Assembly (NCBI GenBank): GCA_964016885.1
Contig: OZ024743.1
Coordinates: forward strand, 190,464,001-190,528,000
DNA from: Eledone cirrhosa
Taxonomy: Eukaryota
Reading direction: 5' to 3'
Length of the DNA stretch: 64,000 nt
The notes beneath the pieces were generated by a model. That model saw nothing but the letters and a program-made list of their open reading frames with translations, was not told where the DNA came from and made no database searches. Both the position numbers and the translations under genes were made by a program. Positions 37,240 through 49,805 of this stretch are shown piece after piece; position 1 is the stretch's first letter; each line of letters begins with the position of its first letter.

Positions 37240-37246
37240 CATACGT

Positions 37247-37277
<31 letters not shown>

Positions 37278-37328
37278 CATACGTATATATATATATATAT
37301 ACATATACATATACATATACATACGTAT

Positions 37329-37359
<31 letters not shown>

Positions 37360-37373
37360 CATACATATATATA

Positions 37374-37860
37374 AATGGAAAATATGAAATTTCCTTTCTC
37401 ACTCTTAGTACGGCTGATACTCAAATATAAGTATGTATATGTACATACATATATGTATACAGACGTACAGTAGTATGTATATATATATACATACATACAC
37501 GCACACATATATATATATGTACGTATGGGTTTACCGAACATTTATTATAATGTTCCTTTTGTTTGTAAACAAACAGCCCGAATTATTAGACGTACAGTAT
37601 TCAGCAACCATCGTTGCCATTTTGTTCAACACTGAAAAAGGAACGATGAACTAGTTTCTAGCTAATTAGCTGTCATCAGCACCGCATACCTTCCTGCCAC
37701 TTGATTAAACGTTTGAAAGTATATACTTTCCTCATGCATATTAACGGCTGAGTAGCCTAATTTGCATATCGAGTGAGTTAGTCGGCCGGGTGTACCGAAA
37801 ACGATAAATGGAAAAAATGAAATTTCATTTCTCACTCTTAGTACGGCTGATACTCAAATA
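37374..37860 (+). repeat. Family E repeat: one unit plus a ~55-bp terminal direct repeat
   Basis: AAATGGAAAA..GAAATTTC..TTCTCACTCTTAGTACGGCTGATACTCAAATA at 37374-37427 and 37806-37860. Confidence 0.75.
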
Positions 37861-38260
37861 GGCACGGTGCCTAGTGGTAAGGGTGGTTGGACTTACGATC
37901 ATAATGTCGTGTGTTCGATTCCTTGGTTGCGTGTTGCGTTCTTGAGCAAAACACTTCATTCCACGTTGCTCCAGTATACTCAGCTGAAAATGAGTACAAG
38001 CCATAGCTGGCGGTTTAACCCTGCGAAGAACTGGCGTCCACTCAGTTGCTTTGCACCATGAAAATGGGATAAACACCGGCCAAATGTGCCTTCTGGCTTA
38101 CGACAGACTTTAGACTCAGATATATAACTAACTCTTACTGTTGTTCCGAGAGTAAGGCCTTTGTTCACTTTAAAAGCTTTAAGCACAATCATCACTTGAT
38201 CTAAACAACCATCCGTGTTTCGTGAGCATGGCTTTTGTTTTGTTTTCGCTGCAGCTATGT
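37861..38260 (+). mobile_element. tRNA-derived SINE, second family
   Basis: Pol III A-box CCTAGTGGTAAGG, B-box GTTCGATTCC, then TTGAGCAAAACAC..TTGCTCCAG..CTCAGCTGAAAATGAGTAC. 3' end uncertain. Confidence 0.65.
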
Positions 38261-38999
38261 AGAACGGAATCCAAGTCTTTGGTAGGACTAAAACATCATG
38301 TTTGAGTCAACCATCTGTGTTTGTGTGTGTCTGTGTATACGTCTGTGTATGTGTGTGAGCGTATGTTTACCTGTGTGTGTTCATTTATATCGTAGTTTGT
38401 ACTATTTATTCATGTCAGATAGATAGATCTAGGTAAATTGCGTACCAGATAAAGCATATATGCACCGATGCCGATATGATCGAGTAAATATTCATAAGGT
38501 AGCGCTTTGGCATTTTCTTAGTTTAATGAATGACACCATCGTATGATTAAAATTATATTTACGCATAAACACGTATGAGCTTGTAAGAAACGATTTTTTT
38601 TTTTTTGAGAACGAATAAATAGATACAATTGTATATCAAATAGATAAGTATGGAGACATATTCATGTATTTAAACATTTATCTGTATTAAATATCTATAT
38701 GTTATAGAAGTTTTAAGAATAGAAATCATCAGTTTACACAATATTGGTAACTTATAATAGATATTCTCTCTAAACTGTGTAGTTCTTGATAGAGTAGGAT
38801 ATAATTATACATATGGACAGATATCAGTTTGGTTGAACAGATCTGATTCCCTTAGCTTGTTAATCTACTCAATGATCGATTTGTGAAAGCCATTCAAAAT
38901 GGAAGCTGTAGTTAAGTAAGGAAGAATAGTGAAGTAGCGTCAGCATGTCTCTGTTTTGGCACACTAATATGTTTCCTATTCTGTAACCATGTGGACTTC

Positions 39000-41450
39000 A
39001 ACCATGCGTTTATTTGAAAGAAGCATTTGTCCAATTGCAGAATCTGTTAGCCTTACTTAAACCTCGCAATATCATCACAGCAGATTCCCTTTTCATGGTC
39101 AGAATATGCGGGATCGAGCATTACGTCACAATTATCGTGGCCAAACAGCCGTCATCTATTTTTCATTTCTATATCTATTCATGGCACTTTCATTATATCT
39201 CAAAACAACGCCATTATATCTCCAAACATCTTCATAATGTTTTATGAACAATGATTCGAAAATGATTAGCTATCTTCTGAGTGGTATATATTAAACACAT
39301 CTTATTAATGACGGGCATAATCGAATTTTCATAGGAATCCCCAATCTGTGACTTTCACACATTTGAAAGCTTTTCTATTGCTTTCATAAACATTAAATAC
39401 AATTTCTAAAGACCCATCATTGTTTTCTACTATGTCCCCATTTACTCACTCATTTCCTCTTTCAATTTATTCAATTTTTATGATTTTATATCTATTGATG
39501 TTTATCATTACGCCAACACCTCTGCCTGTCTATATCAAATGGCTTGCATATCGTTGTATATTTGATGTTTTATTTCTCGGAAAAACAATATTATCAGCAT
39601 AATCGGAATTTTCCAAATACTTTCCATAGATGGATTCAATGTCCTTTTTATTATCTCCACTTTTTTATTTCATTACATTGTTTTTTTAGAAATGCAAACA
39701 AAAAATGAGGTAGAACACTTTCCTGTGGTACTCCACGTCCATATTCAAATTTAACTTCTTTGATTATTCGACGTTTATTTCCATGGCATGTTGCATCTGT
39801 GTGATTCACATAAAATTCCTGAAAAACATTCTAATTTAGTAACTTCTGAGATGTATTTCTATGAGCAGTATCAAAGACTATAATAGCCATTATCACAAAG
39901 AATGCGTAAATTTTAGGTATTATTTTATGCCTGAGAAACATATCTAGTCACTTCAGTCTCGCAATTGACGGAACATACTTGTTTATTATTTAGTATGCTT
40001 TCCAATGCAATTTGAATCTCATGCAAAATAACTAAAACGAGCTCTTTCTCTAATATGTTACTTAGATTTATACACCTCCAATTGCCATACTTATTCTGAC
40101 CCATATGTTTGGTAACCTATTCGGTACGGCCGCACCTAATGTTCAGCTATCCATATATTATAAAACAGCTTCGGTATTACTCTTACAGGTATGTGCCTAT
40201 CTGTTTCTTTTGCTAATCTATTGGCTTTTTGCTATTTCTTCAATATTCATAATATTTACCGCTACTCCCTGCTCCTCTTCTAATTCAGAATTTATAATAT
40301 TGTTCATGTATTTAAATGCTACTTCCATCATTCTTGATTCTTTATAACATATGTTATGTGTTCCCCATTAACACTAAAACAGATTCTATTTTTTGCTTCT
40401 TTGCATTGACTGTAGCCACATGCATTATTTATTAAGTTTTCTTTTATTCATCTAGAGCTCTTGCATTGAGTGGTTTGTACTTCACCAGCTTTCACCTCCG
40501 AGAATCTTCTTTCATTGTCACATCTCCGTTGAAACTCCAATATTTAACTATTTAAGCATTAACGCCCATCTGATCCCGACGATGAGTTATTCATTTTTGT
40601 TCTTTTCATATCTGAATAACTTCCCTCGTTTCATCTAAAATCCATTCTTTTCGTTTTATCTTTCCTCTGCCCAGAACATCTTTGGCTGAAATCTTTCTTT
40701 ATGTTTTTGCATTCTTCATGTAGAACTTCAAGAAGTACAAATCGATTTTGACATTCAATTATGCATTCATTTTTTATTCTACCACACACCAGTGTTTCCG
40801 CTTTACCTGAATAGTTCCAATTGCTAACAAGTTGTGAAGTTCAAATATCTGTTTCTCGATATTTCCTAACAACTAGCAATTTTTTATGGTGCAGATTTAT
40901 CAACATTGATCCTTTTGAGTACGTTATTTCTTATCTGGAGACGCCAGATTATATTCATGTATATCCCTACGTTTAATGTAATTATCTTCTACGATATGAT
41001 TGTTGGTTGTACAGAGGCTGATCAATCTTATACCATTTCCATTAGCATTTCCAATCCCACGTATGCACATTATGTGTTCGATATATTTAATTTCTGCTGC
41101 CAACGTTCACATTAAGATAACCAAGAACATTTTCAGATATCTTGTTAGAAAGTATGTTTCTCTTCATTTGTTCCATTATTCATGTGTGTCACAAACAATA
41201 ATGCTAATGTTGCATGACGGTAGCTTTAAGTTGCACTAACCGTATACTGATATTAATTAAGATTTTGCATTCTGATAAAGCCCTTTAAGCCTTTTTATTC
41301 TGAAGTAAGACGATTCCATCACGTCACATATTATCGTCTCTTCCTGAGAGAATATAATTTGCTTGTTTTCGATAATAATGATATTATATCATTGTCCGTG
41401 TCTAAATTCACACGCGACTAATAGAACAAGTATGCATTGATCCACCACCC
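39000..41450 (-). mobile_element. Highly decayed LINE (APE-RT) remnant
   Basis: Minus-strand peptide remnants FEYGRGVPQESVL (~39710-39755) and AAVPNRLPN (~40105-40135); no open frame; boundaries approximate. Confidence 0.35.
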
Positions 41451-42237
41451 TCTTTAATTCCTCCAATTTATTATACACCCGCAATGTTAAAACATTCTAT
41501 GTTTCAATACCTATTGTAGTATAAACATATTCAAAAACCGGAAAATACTTAGCAACTCTGCTTGCCCGGAATTTTGGGCCATTTGTTTATTTCTGGATTT
41601 TATTATTGACATTAATCCATGGAGGATCCGTCTGTTCACTATATCATTAGGGATTAAGCTAAAATTGAGAGACGCTCTGGTGAAAGCTATGGAGTGTCGA
41701 TCTCTATTCCAAATATGCACCTGGTGTTTTCATAGAAGACAATGACTACAACATATCACGTGATATTACTGCGCTGTCATTAAGATTCTCTCGTTAAAGA
41801 ACATCGCTGAACCACCAACACCCCATCACCAAGCGACTAATGATGGTGACCAAACGGGCGCTAATATGAATGAGATGGAAGATATCTCTTATTAGCATAG
41901 AGATAATAATTTCGGTTTCAAAACTAAATTTTTAACAATCGATGTGTTCTGGTTGATAAGAATATTTATGTTTAACACCTTGAAAGTAAGACACAGAACA
42001 GTTTGATTCGTATCAAGCATTCTGTTAGTTAGCAGTGTGGCATAGATATGTTTTAAAAGCAATTATTATACTAACTGTATAATAAATAATGGGGTGAAAC
42101 ATTTAACCACATATTAAAATTGATGACCGAATAGAACCCATTAGTCCCCACAATGATGAATTATCACAAAAATATATTGATTAGGAACCCCAAATGTAAA
42201 CTTATCAATCTAATTAAAAGTGAATTAGTTATAATTA

Positions 42238-42432
42238 CAGACCTGCCAACCTCTAAAGGCCCAAATGGGGAGTACCACGAAAAAAGTGCCCCAAACGGGG
42301 GGAAATGAGGTACAATGGGGAGTTTTTACATAATGAAAGCTATAGCCATTTTCAAAAGAGAAAACATCTCTGATTCACCCTTAAGTGGATGGGAGTTCTC
42401 TCCGTCGGAAACGGGGAGAGTTGATAGGTCTA
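42238..42432. mobile_element. MITE / non-autonomous DNA transposon
   Basis: Imperfect TIRs CAGACCTGCCAAC / GTTGATAGGTCTA, flanked by duplicated TAATTA; internal repeated AATGGGGAG motifs. Confidence 0.6.
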
Positions 42433-43759
42433 TAATTAGCATCCGTTGACTTAATCAACGTAAGAATTAGGTTGGATATGAACATAAGAGAATGGAATTG
42501 CAGTAATACTACATCCGATTTGACAGTATCGAAGGTAAATTAAACTCCAGATTTGTCTTGTTTGATAGTATGGAGTTCTAGCCATCCAGCTTCAGTAAAC
42601 GTCTATTACAAGTCCTTGAATTCGGTAATGTGCTTTGGGATATTTCGATGGTTAGCTATGAGGATGCATGTGGTTGTTTATTCGTCAATCAACCGATTAA
42701 CTGTATAATAAACCGACCATTTCCAGACAAAAACAAAAAAACAAAGTAACAAATTCAGGTCAAATTATGTGTTGTTGATTGTTTTATCACGACGAATGTC
42801 TATTTTCTACCACATTTACACACACACACACACAAATATCAATTAGAAGATTTCGAAAACCATCAGTCGACTGGCTTGCAACTGTTATGGATCATAGAAT
42901 TAATATCGTTGTCTGAATTGCAAGGCTTTCACTTTGGTCGAAGGATTTAAATTTAAAATATTCGCTGAATTTTCACTCGTTCCTCTTGAAAACTACAAGA
43001 TCATGAATTTATTTAGTGCCGTACATTTTTGTAGCAAAAGATATCATTGATCTCATGTATAGTCCACATTTCCTATGATTCATTAAAACTCAAGCTATCT
43101 TCTTTATGATTCTTACTTCTGAAAGAAAGCTAATGTTATAACTATATATTAAAACATTGTAATATCACATTTAAGGACATTTTCTAACGTAACTTCACGA
43201 ACCATCTTCTTAGTTATGCATACCCAAATTAAATGTTAATGTACTTCACTATATGTTAAACATAACATCAAGGTATTTCATTAATAAGTAATATTATTTT
43301 CATTCTAAGAATCATATTCTATGTGTGTCATTTCTATTCCTCAGCAAACGGTAATAATTTGATAAATTATAAAGCACTACCTAACAAACGTTGTGATTAC
43401 ATTAGAGTACACAAATCTGTGACTTGAATTAGATTTACTGCAGTAAATATCCATGCACCGTTCCAGCATGCACTAATTATAATGCTGGTGTTGTGTTCTT
43501 CGTATTGTAGAGGATATTTACATAAAAAACTTCGTAGCTTTCATAGATTCATTTCTATAATCTAGAAACAAGCACTCATATACAACCTATATGAATGGCA
43601 GATTTAAAGATCGACATCAGAAAATCATAGCTACTAAGAAAAAACCTTAAATATTTAGTACATGCAGAGTTCGTATACTTATAGCTTAATGCACAGCAAA
43701 GACTGATTTCTATCCGTTAGACTAAAGAATGCAGCTATTGAAATTTATTGTAAAAGGTA

Positions 43760-45029
43760 CAGGGTGCGGACGGTATTTGAGGACAAATTTATGGTTTAAA
43801 AAAAAACGCTTATATTATAACATATATTATAACAGAAAAAAAAAACTGTATTCTTATAAAAATAACATAAACAGAAAGCTAAATTATCAACTTAATAATT
43901 TCATTCAATAAAACCACCACAAGCATCAATAACTACCTCTACACAGGGTCGAAATCATTTGCAAGTTCGGATTAAGTGGTCCTTGTTCATACCGAACATG
44001 ACTCGAATTATGGCGGCTTTCAATGAATCTTTGGTGCTATGGGGGTGTTCATTGACATTTTTCTCAACGATGCTCCATACATTGGATTGTGATCTGAAGA
44101 ATTAGGAGGCCAAATGTTGGGGGTGATGTGATCATGCAAATTATCAGTCATCCATTCTTGTATCATTTGAGCCTTGTGTGGTAGTGCAGAATCTTGTTGA
44201 AAGACATAAGGCCTTCTATTGCATACACTGTTGATCCAAGGCTTAACAACTTTATCCAGGACCTCAATATATGCAGCAGCATTCACCCTAAGGCCTTGTG
44301 GGAAAAAGTGAGGAGGTATCACATGTCCTTCATTGCTAACAACACCCAAAACCATGACACTTGCAGGAAATTTTGTGTGCATCACTCTTGGAACCTCAGA
44401 AGGGTCTGCACATAGCTACCTGTCATTTCTTCTGTTAGTTTTGTGGTCCTGATCAAAGTTTTTCTTATCTGAGAAAGACCAAATCACACCATCTTCTGAT
44501 GGATTTTTAAGTTTGTTTAAAAGTCTTTTGGATCTGATTAAACGCTTTTCTTTTGTTTTTTCTTACATGAATTGACCTCTCCTCATCACGTAACATTTGC
44601 ATCTGATGTATTCATGAACAACATTTCTGATTGTTTTTTCTGACACAGCAAAATTTCTGACACAGCAAAATGATTTTCCCGGATTGTCATCAATGTTTTG
44701 CTTAACTTCCTGAATCCTGAATAAATTCAGGTGTCCTGATAGAATCAGGGCGTTTGGAATGTTTCTTAGTTTTGACATAGGTAATACGCTTTCATCATCT
44801 TTCTGTAGCTCACACCGAATCTTGTGGACAAAAGATCTTGCAACTTTCAGAAAACGAGAAATTTCTAAATCACCATGCTTAGCCTTCAAAGCCACAATCA
44901 CAGCATGCCTTTTCATTTCATTAGTAAGCATAGTTAGTTTCATTGTTATTAAATGGAAGTTCAATAAAAATTAGTCAAATAAAATAATGACTAAAAATAC
45001 ATGTGTCCTCAGATACCGTCCGCACCCTG
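43760..45029 (-). mobile_element. Tc1/mariner superfamily transposon, DD37D (maT/Bmmar1-like), full length, decayed transposase
   Basis: 26-bp TIR CAGGGTGCGGACGGTAT(T/C)TGAGGACA, TA target duplication; FSD, VMVLGVVS, FQQDSA.PH, WPPNSSDHNP with 37 residues after the second Asp. Confidence 0.92.
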
Positions 45030-45114
45030 TATATTATCTTAAGAACAAGTTAACACGTATGTTGTTCTGATCAATGACTATATTGATAAAATTGATATTA
45101 TTAAATATAGGTCT

Positions 45115-45766
45115 TTAGAGCGGTGGATTAGCAGTATCGGTAGAGCATCGAACAACATGCTTCCCGGTATATAGTTACAATGCTTTACGTCCGGATTTCA
45201 AATCCCACCGAGATTAGCTTTTCCTTTCATCATTTTGGGGTCGGTAAAATAAAGTACCAGTCGAGTACTGGGTAGTTATGATCGACTTTAAACGCCTTCA
45301 AATCTGCAAGCCTTGTGCTTAAATAGGAAGCCATTATTAAATATATGTCTGAAGGGCAGATAATTGGCAGAGTCGTTAGAGTGAGAAACATGCTTAGCAA
45401 TATTTGTATCGGCTCTTTCCGTCTGAGTTCAAATCCCACTAATGTCACCTTTCTTTCATCCCCTCAGGGTCGATAAAATGTAGCCCAAGTTAAGTGCTGC
45501 GTCAATACAATCGACCTGTATTTTACCACTGAATTGCAGGTCGTGTGCCTAAATTAGACACCATTAATAAATATATGTCTGGGGCGGGGGATTGGCAGTA
45601 TCGGTAGAGTGTCGGACGCCATGCTTTCCAGCATAGTTACGTCCCTTTACAGTCTGAGTTCAAATCCCGCCGAGGTTTACTTTGCCTTTCATCCTTACGG
45701 GGTCGATAAAATAATGTACCAGTAATGCACTGGGTAATTGCTGGCCTTGTGCCTAAAGTAGAAACA
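45115..45766 (+). mobile_element. Three head-to-tail tRNA-derived SINEs (45115-45332, 45351-45562, 45581-45766)
   Basis: Each has TGGCAG..TCG.TAGAG, TTCAAATCCC, TTTCATC..GGGTCG.TAAAAT and CCTTGTGC.TAAA; separated by a repeated 18-mer. Confidence 0.88.
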
Positions 45767-45879
45767 ATTAATAAATATATGTCTTAATATAAACATAAAT
45801 ACTGTTGATAATATCTCTAATGTTATAACTATTATCAAAAATGTTAACACCAATGTCCTCCCATACCTTAATTTTGCAC

Positions 45880-46380
45880 ACCTTTACTGTCTCTGCTGCG
45901 TTTCTTCATGCCTGATTGTATCGCAAATTCAAGAAAAACTTATTTCGAAGCCAAACTTTGTAGGCCTCTATCTTTGTTCGCATGGCACCTTTGAACTCTT
46001 GATTGAACACAGCAATCCCCCCGCCACCCAGGTTCACACTAAGCTTCCTTTATGCGCAGCATTTAACCGCTGAAGCAGAATCGGTTGTGCTGAACAATTA
46101 CTTTTCAGTTTCAACGTCCTCAGTTTGCACACGAAGTTCACTGAATTTAAATGCAATAGTATCTGCATATCTAGTTTTGACTTCCTTAACCACAAACGCT
46201 TCCCATTTGTGTAAGAGGAACCAGGGACAGAGATCAATAGTTGATTTTGCTATTTTTTCTGAGCTCTTCGTTTCTGTGCAGTATGTTCATGTTATGAGAA
46301 GGGATGAGCTGTCAACTATTTGGCATCTAATTATCTGCAGCTTGACATTACCTAAGGTAAAAGAAGCTCACAAAACTAGC
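45880..46380. mobile_element. Rearranged RTE-like LINE fragments
   Basis: 45880-45980 resembles 57305-57400; QRSIVDFAIFS..ELSTIWHLI resembles an APE C-terminus. Confidence 0.45.
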
Positions 46381-46462
46381 AAATCTAGTTCGACGTATAC
46401 ACCCACACGCGCACACTTATTGTGTTATATCTTCAACTATATATATATATATATAGATATAC

Positions 46463-46578
<116 letters not shown>

Positions 46579-46709
46579 AGAATTTACCTTCGAGCATAGC
46601 TGTATACAGATATGTATTTGTATACGGTATGTTTATAAATAATCATTTAGAAAGCCTTAGCAATGCAAAAATACCGGCGGCTATCGTCACCTGGTGGTGT
46701 CGAGCAGAA

Positions 46710-46782
46710 GCAAGGGGGATAATTGTAGATGCATTTCGAACTGAACTGGTTCTCATCAGGATGATTCCTCCCGCCCCTTGCA
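46710..46782 (-). ncRNA. Orphan minimal hammerhead motif
   Basis: CTGATGA-GAAC(CAGTTCA)GTTC-GAA-A(TGCA)T-C; outer GCAAGGGG/CCCCTTGC pairing; proximal stem I mismatched. Confidence 0.55.
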
Positions 46783-47029
46783 ACTGCTGGACTTGAAAAC
46801 AGGCAAGAATATATGATTTTCTCGTTTGTGTGGTGATTAATATCACTTGCAAATATGTTTTTTTAAACCTAGTTTTGTGGAATGGTTAGCAATATAGCTT
46901 AAGCCGCAGGAAATAACAGTTAAATGACGTTAAGATCACATTCTACGATGTAAGATAGATAAAAATGATATATCAGAACTCTCGTAGTTGGAATGCATGA
47001 GAGCTTACATGGGTTTAAACAAAAACAGA

Positions 47030-47896
47030 TATTAGTTTATCCCATACTTAATGTCCTTTTCTTTATACTGTATTTGTTACAACATATTCCAAACATATTC
47101 CAGCATGACTACACAAGATTTTTCCACGGCTGTATAAATAGTGTTTAGAAAGAGATGCTTCAATCAGATAGTTCCCGGCTTGAAGGCACATAAGTTTTAA
47201 TTTGTTGCTTCAATAATCCTTCATGAAAATGGAAGTCACAGAAGAGCACATGACATGTTATGCTTTACGAGTTCAAAAGACCGTCCATTCCCATTTACAG
47301 AAACTTGTCTAAGCTTGGTAAATGGATTCCACATGAGCTGAGTGAAAATAGCCGGCGAGTCATTTATCGCAACCACGCTCGACATTATAATTGTTTCTGC
47401 TATAGGCATAAGGCCAGCAATTTTAGGGGAGGGGAAAGTCGATTAACTCGACCTCTGTGCATTACTTGTGCTTTATTTTATCGACCCCGTAAGGATGAAA
47501 GGCAAAGCTAACCTCGGCGGGATTTGGACTAAGATCGTAACGCCCGACATCATAATACAAGAATTTCATGTACCAAGATTGAGGAACTTGACCGAGAAAA
47601 GCCATTACATCTTCCATATTCTCCTGACATGGCTTCTTCAAAGTATCATACATTCCGTAGTCTGAAACAATATTTCAATGGAAAAGTGTAACATTATTGA
47701 GAGGTACTTGAAAGGAACCTACACGATTCCCTTTCAAAACCCTTTGGGGTCTATAGGAATGGCATAAGAAAACCTTAACAGAGCTGGAAGAATGTTATTG
47801 ATTGAAATAGGGATATATACTTGATTAAATTAGTGCGTCTTTCATCTCTTCAAAATCTACTAACAAGAATTACATTAGTTATGGGCTGACTTAATA
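47030..47896 (+). mobile_element. Internally deleted mariner-like transposon interrupted by a SINE
   Basis: MEVTEEH..MLYEFK, KLGKWIPHELSE, LPYSPDMASS..HTFRSL, YRNGI..W; degenerate TIR-like ends TATTAGTTTATCCCATA / TATGGGCTGACTTAATA. Confidence 0.7.
47388..47545 (-). mobile_element. SINE inserted in the mariner element
   Basis: TTTATCGACCCCGTAAGGATGAAAGGCAAAG..ACCTCGGCGGGATTTG, as in 19583-19752. Confidence 0.85.
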
Positions 47897-48139
47897 GCTT
47901 TCAAATCCCACTATTTGCTTGCTCTGTTTCACTTCATCGTGAAATCACCTGTATTTTATCTTATTATTTTCAAATGTACATTTGAATATAACAACCTAAA
48001 ATGTATTTCAGTGATCGCAGTGGAAGTAATGATAAAAGAGATAATAGCGATCCTGTGCGATGGTGGTGGTTGCCCCAGTTGTGTGTTAACAAAGCAATTG
48101 TTTAGGATATGTGAAAGTAAAATTGATCAAAGTTCTACA

Positions 48140-48470
48140 TTTAAATTTTTTTTTTTTCAAACATTTTCGAAAGTTACTCATTTCTATAGAAATTCTTTCG
48201 AAAATATTTTGATAACGTTTCGAACAAAATTTTGAGAAAATATTTCTCAAATGTTTTCAGAACTCTTCATTTTGGGGTAATTTTGTGACTATTTTGAGTG
48301 GAATTCTCGAAAACAAATTAAGAAATATTTTTGAGAAATTTGGTGAAATTTTTGAGAACATATTTTGTGAAACATTTTCGAAAAATTTTGATGAAATTTT
48401 AATTAAAATATTTCAGTGTGAGGAATTTTTTGGAGAAACATTTTAAGAAAATGTTAAAGCTTTGTTGAAA
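48140..48470. repeat. Degenerate AT-rich tandem repeat (AAACATTTTCGA/GAAAATTTTTGA-like)
   Basis: Recurring ~12-bp motif. Confidence 0.55.
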
Positions 48471-48537
48471 TGTTAATAATACAAGCACTAATTATCCGAT
48501 AAATAGCTTTCGACTATTACGCATCTTCATTATGAGA

Positions 48538-48593
48538 AAGTACCAGTAATGCACTGGGTAATTGCTGGCCTTGTGCCAAAAGTAGAAACAATT
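48538..48593 (+). mobile_element. SINE 3' fragment
   Basis: AAGTACCAGTAATGCACTGGGTAATTGCTGGCCTTGTGCC.AAAGTAGAAACAATT is near-identical to the end of 45581-45766. Confidence 0.8.
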
Positions 48594-49614
48594 ATGATAC
48601 ATTTTTTTTCTCTGCCTGCTTGTGTAGTGTATCGTTATATTTCATAAGGCTCATTCAACAAGTAAAACTTATAAATATGGTCTGTTCACATTATATAAAA
48701 CAGTTTAGAAATGAAACTTATAAAGTTTTCAATATAGAATTAAAATCTTGCTTCATTGATTTCATAATCAAACAAAGTCACAAAAAATACTGATAGGTAG
48801 TTGGCTAGATTCTTTAATTGTAATCTGATTCTACCATTTCTTTGTGTTTCTTGGGAAAACATTTTATTTTCATTATTCCTGTACATTCCACGTGCTGGTA
48901 GCAGGTCATAGATCATTTTGTGATGTTACTTGCTATGGGGAAGTGTCTAAACCAGAGAGAAAGGGGGGGAAAGAATAGAGAAATAAAAGGAGAAAGAGAG
49001 GGGATGAGAAAGAGATGGAAGTAAAAGAGTGAGAGAAGGGAGAGAAAGATGGAAAGAGAATGAGAGAGCTATATTTCCTATTTATTTAATGCTATAAAAC
49101 CAGGGATAAGCACTGCACTAAAACACACCTTTTTCTATTTATATTGATCTATCAATTGAATATTAGTGCTTTTAAAATTATTGTGGTTCTGTAAGAGAAG
49201 AAAATACATTTCAGTTCTAAGGTTTTTCAGTTACATTTAACCGACATCTGTATCTCTTTATGGCATACCTCTACCACTGTTAGATTAGCTCTATTGAATT
49301 TAGAGCCCTTTCATACATAAGCATGATATTTTCAGTTACAGGATAAGACATGTCAATTATTGCATTTGTACGTCAAATTCCAACATAATATACACAACTG
49401 CGCTTTCAATGCATAGAACATAACACAAGTTATAACAATTGATCGTGTTACATTTACCAATATAGACTTCTACTCTTCAATATATATGGGTTCCATGCAT
49501 ATGCATAACAAATAAAATGTGTACGGGAACGGGAAAGGTAAATTATGACATTTATCCATTTTCCAAGATTTTAACAAGAACTAAAACTAATGACTGATGC
49601 GAATCAAAATGATT

Positions 49615-49805
49615 CCTAATTTAAAATTAAGACCAGCAAATTTCGGAGGTGATGGACAAAGTTGGTTGAATTAACTCCAACAATTTAATGTTACTTCATT
49701 GTATCGACCTCGTTAAGGTGAAGGCAAAGTTAATCGGCGTGAAATTCAGGCTTAAAACGTAAAGAGAACAAATACCACAGTTGTATTTTATCTGATGGAC
49801 TACAA
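49615..49805 (-). mobile_element. Diverged SINE
   Basis: TATCGACCTCGTTAAGGTGAAGGCAAAGTTAA. Confidence 0.6.

Noticed and set aside
37861-37930. tRNA gene
   Set aside because: A and B boxes are present but there is no intact cloverleaf, and the sequence continues into a SINE body.
45097-45784. CRISPR-like repeat-spacer array
   Set aside because: The spacers are ~200-bp homologous SINEs in a eukaryotic context with no cas genes.
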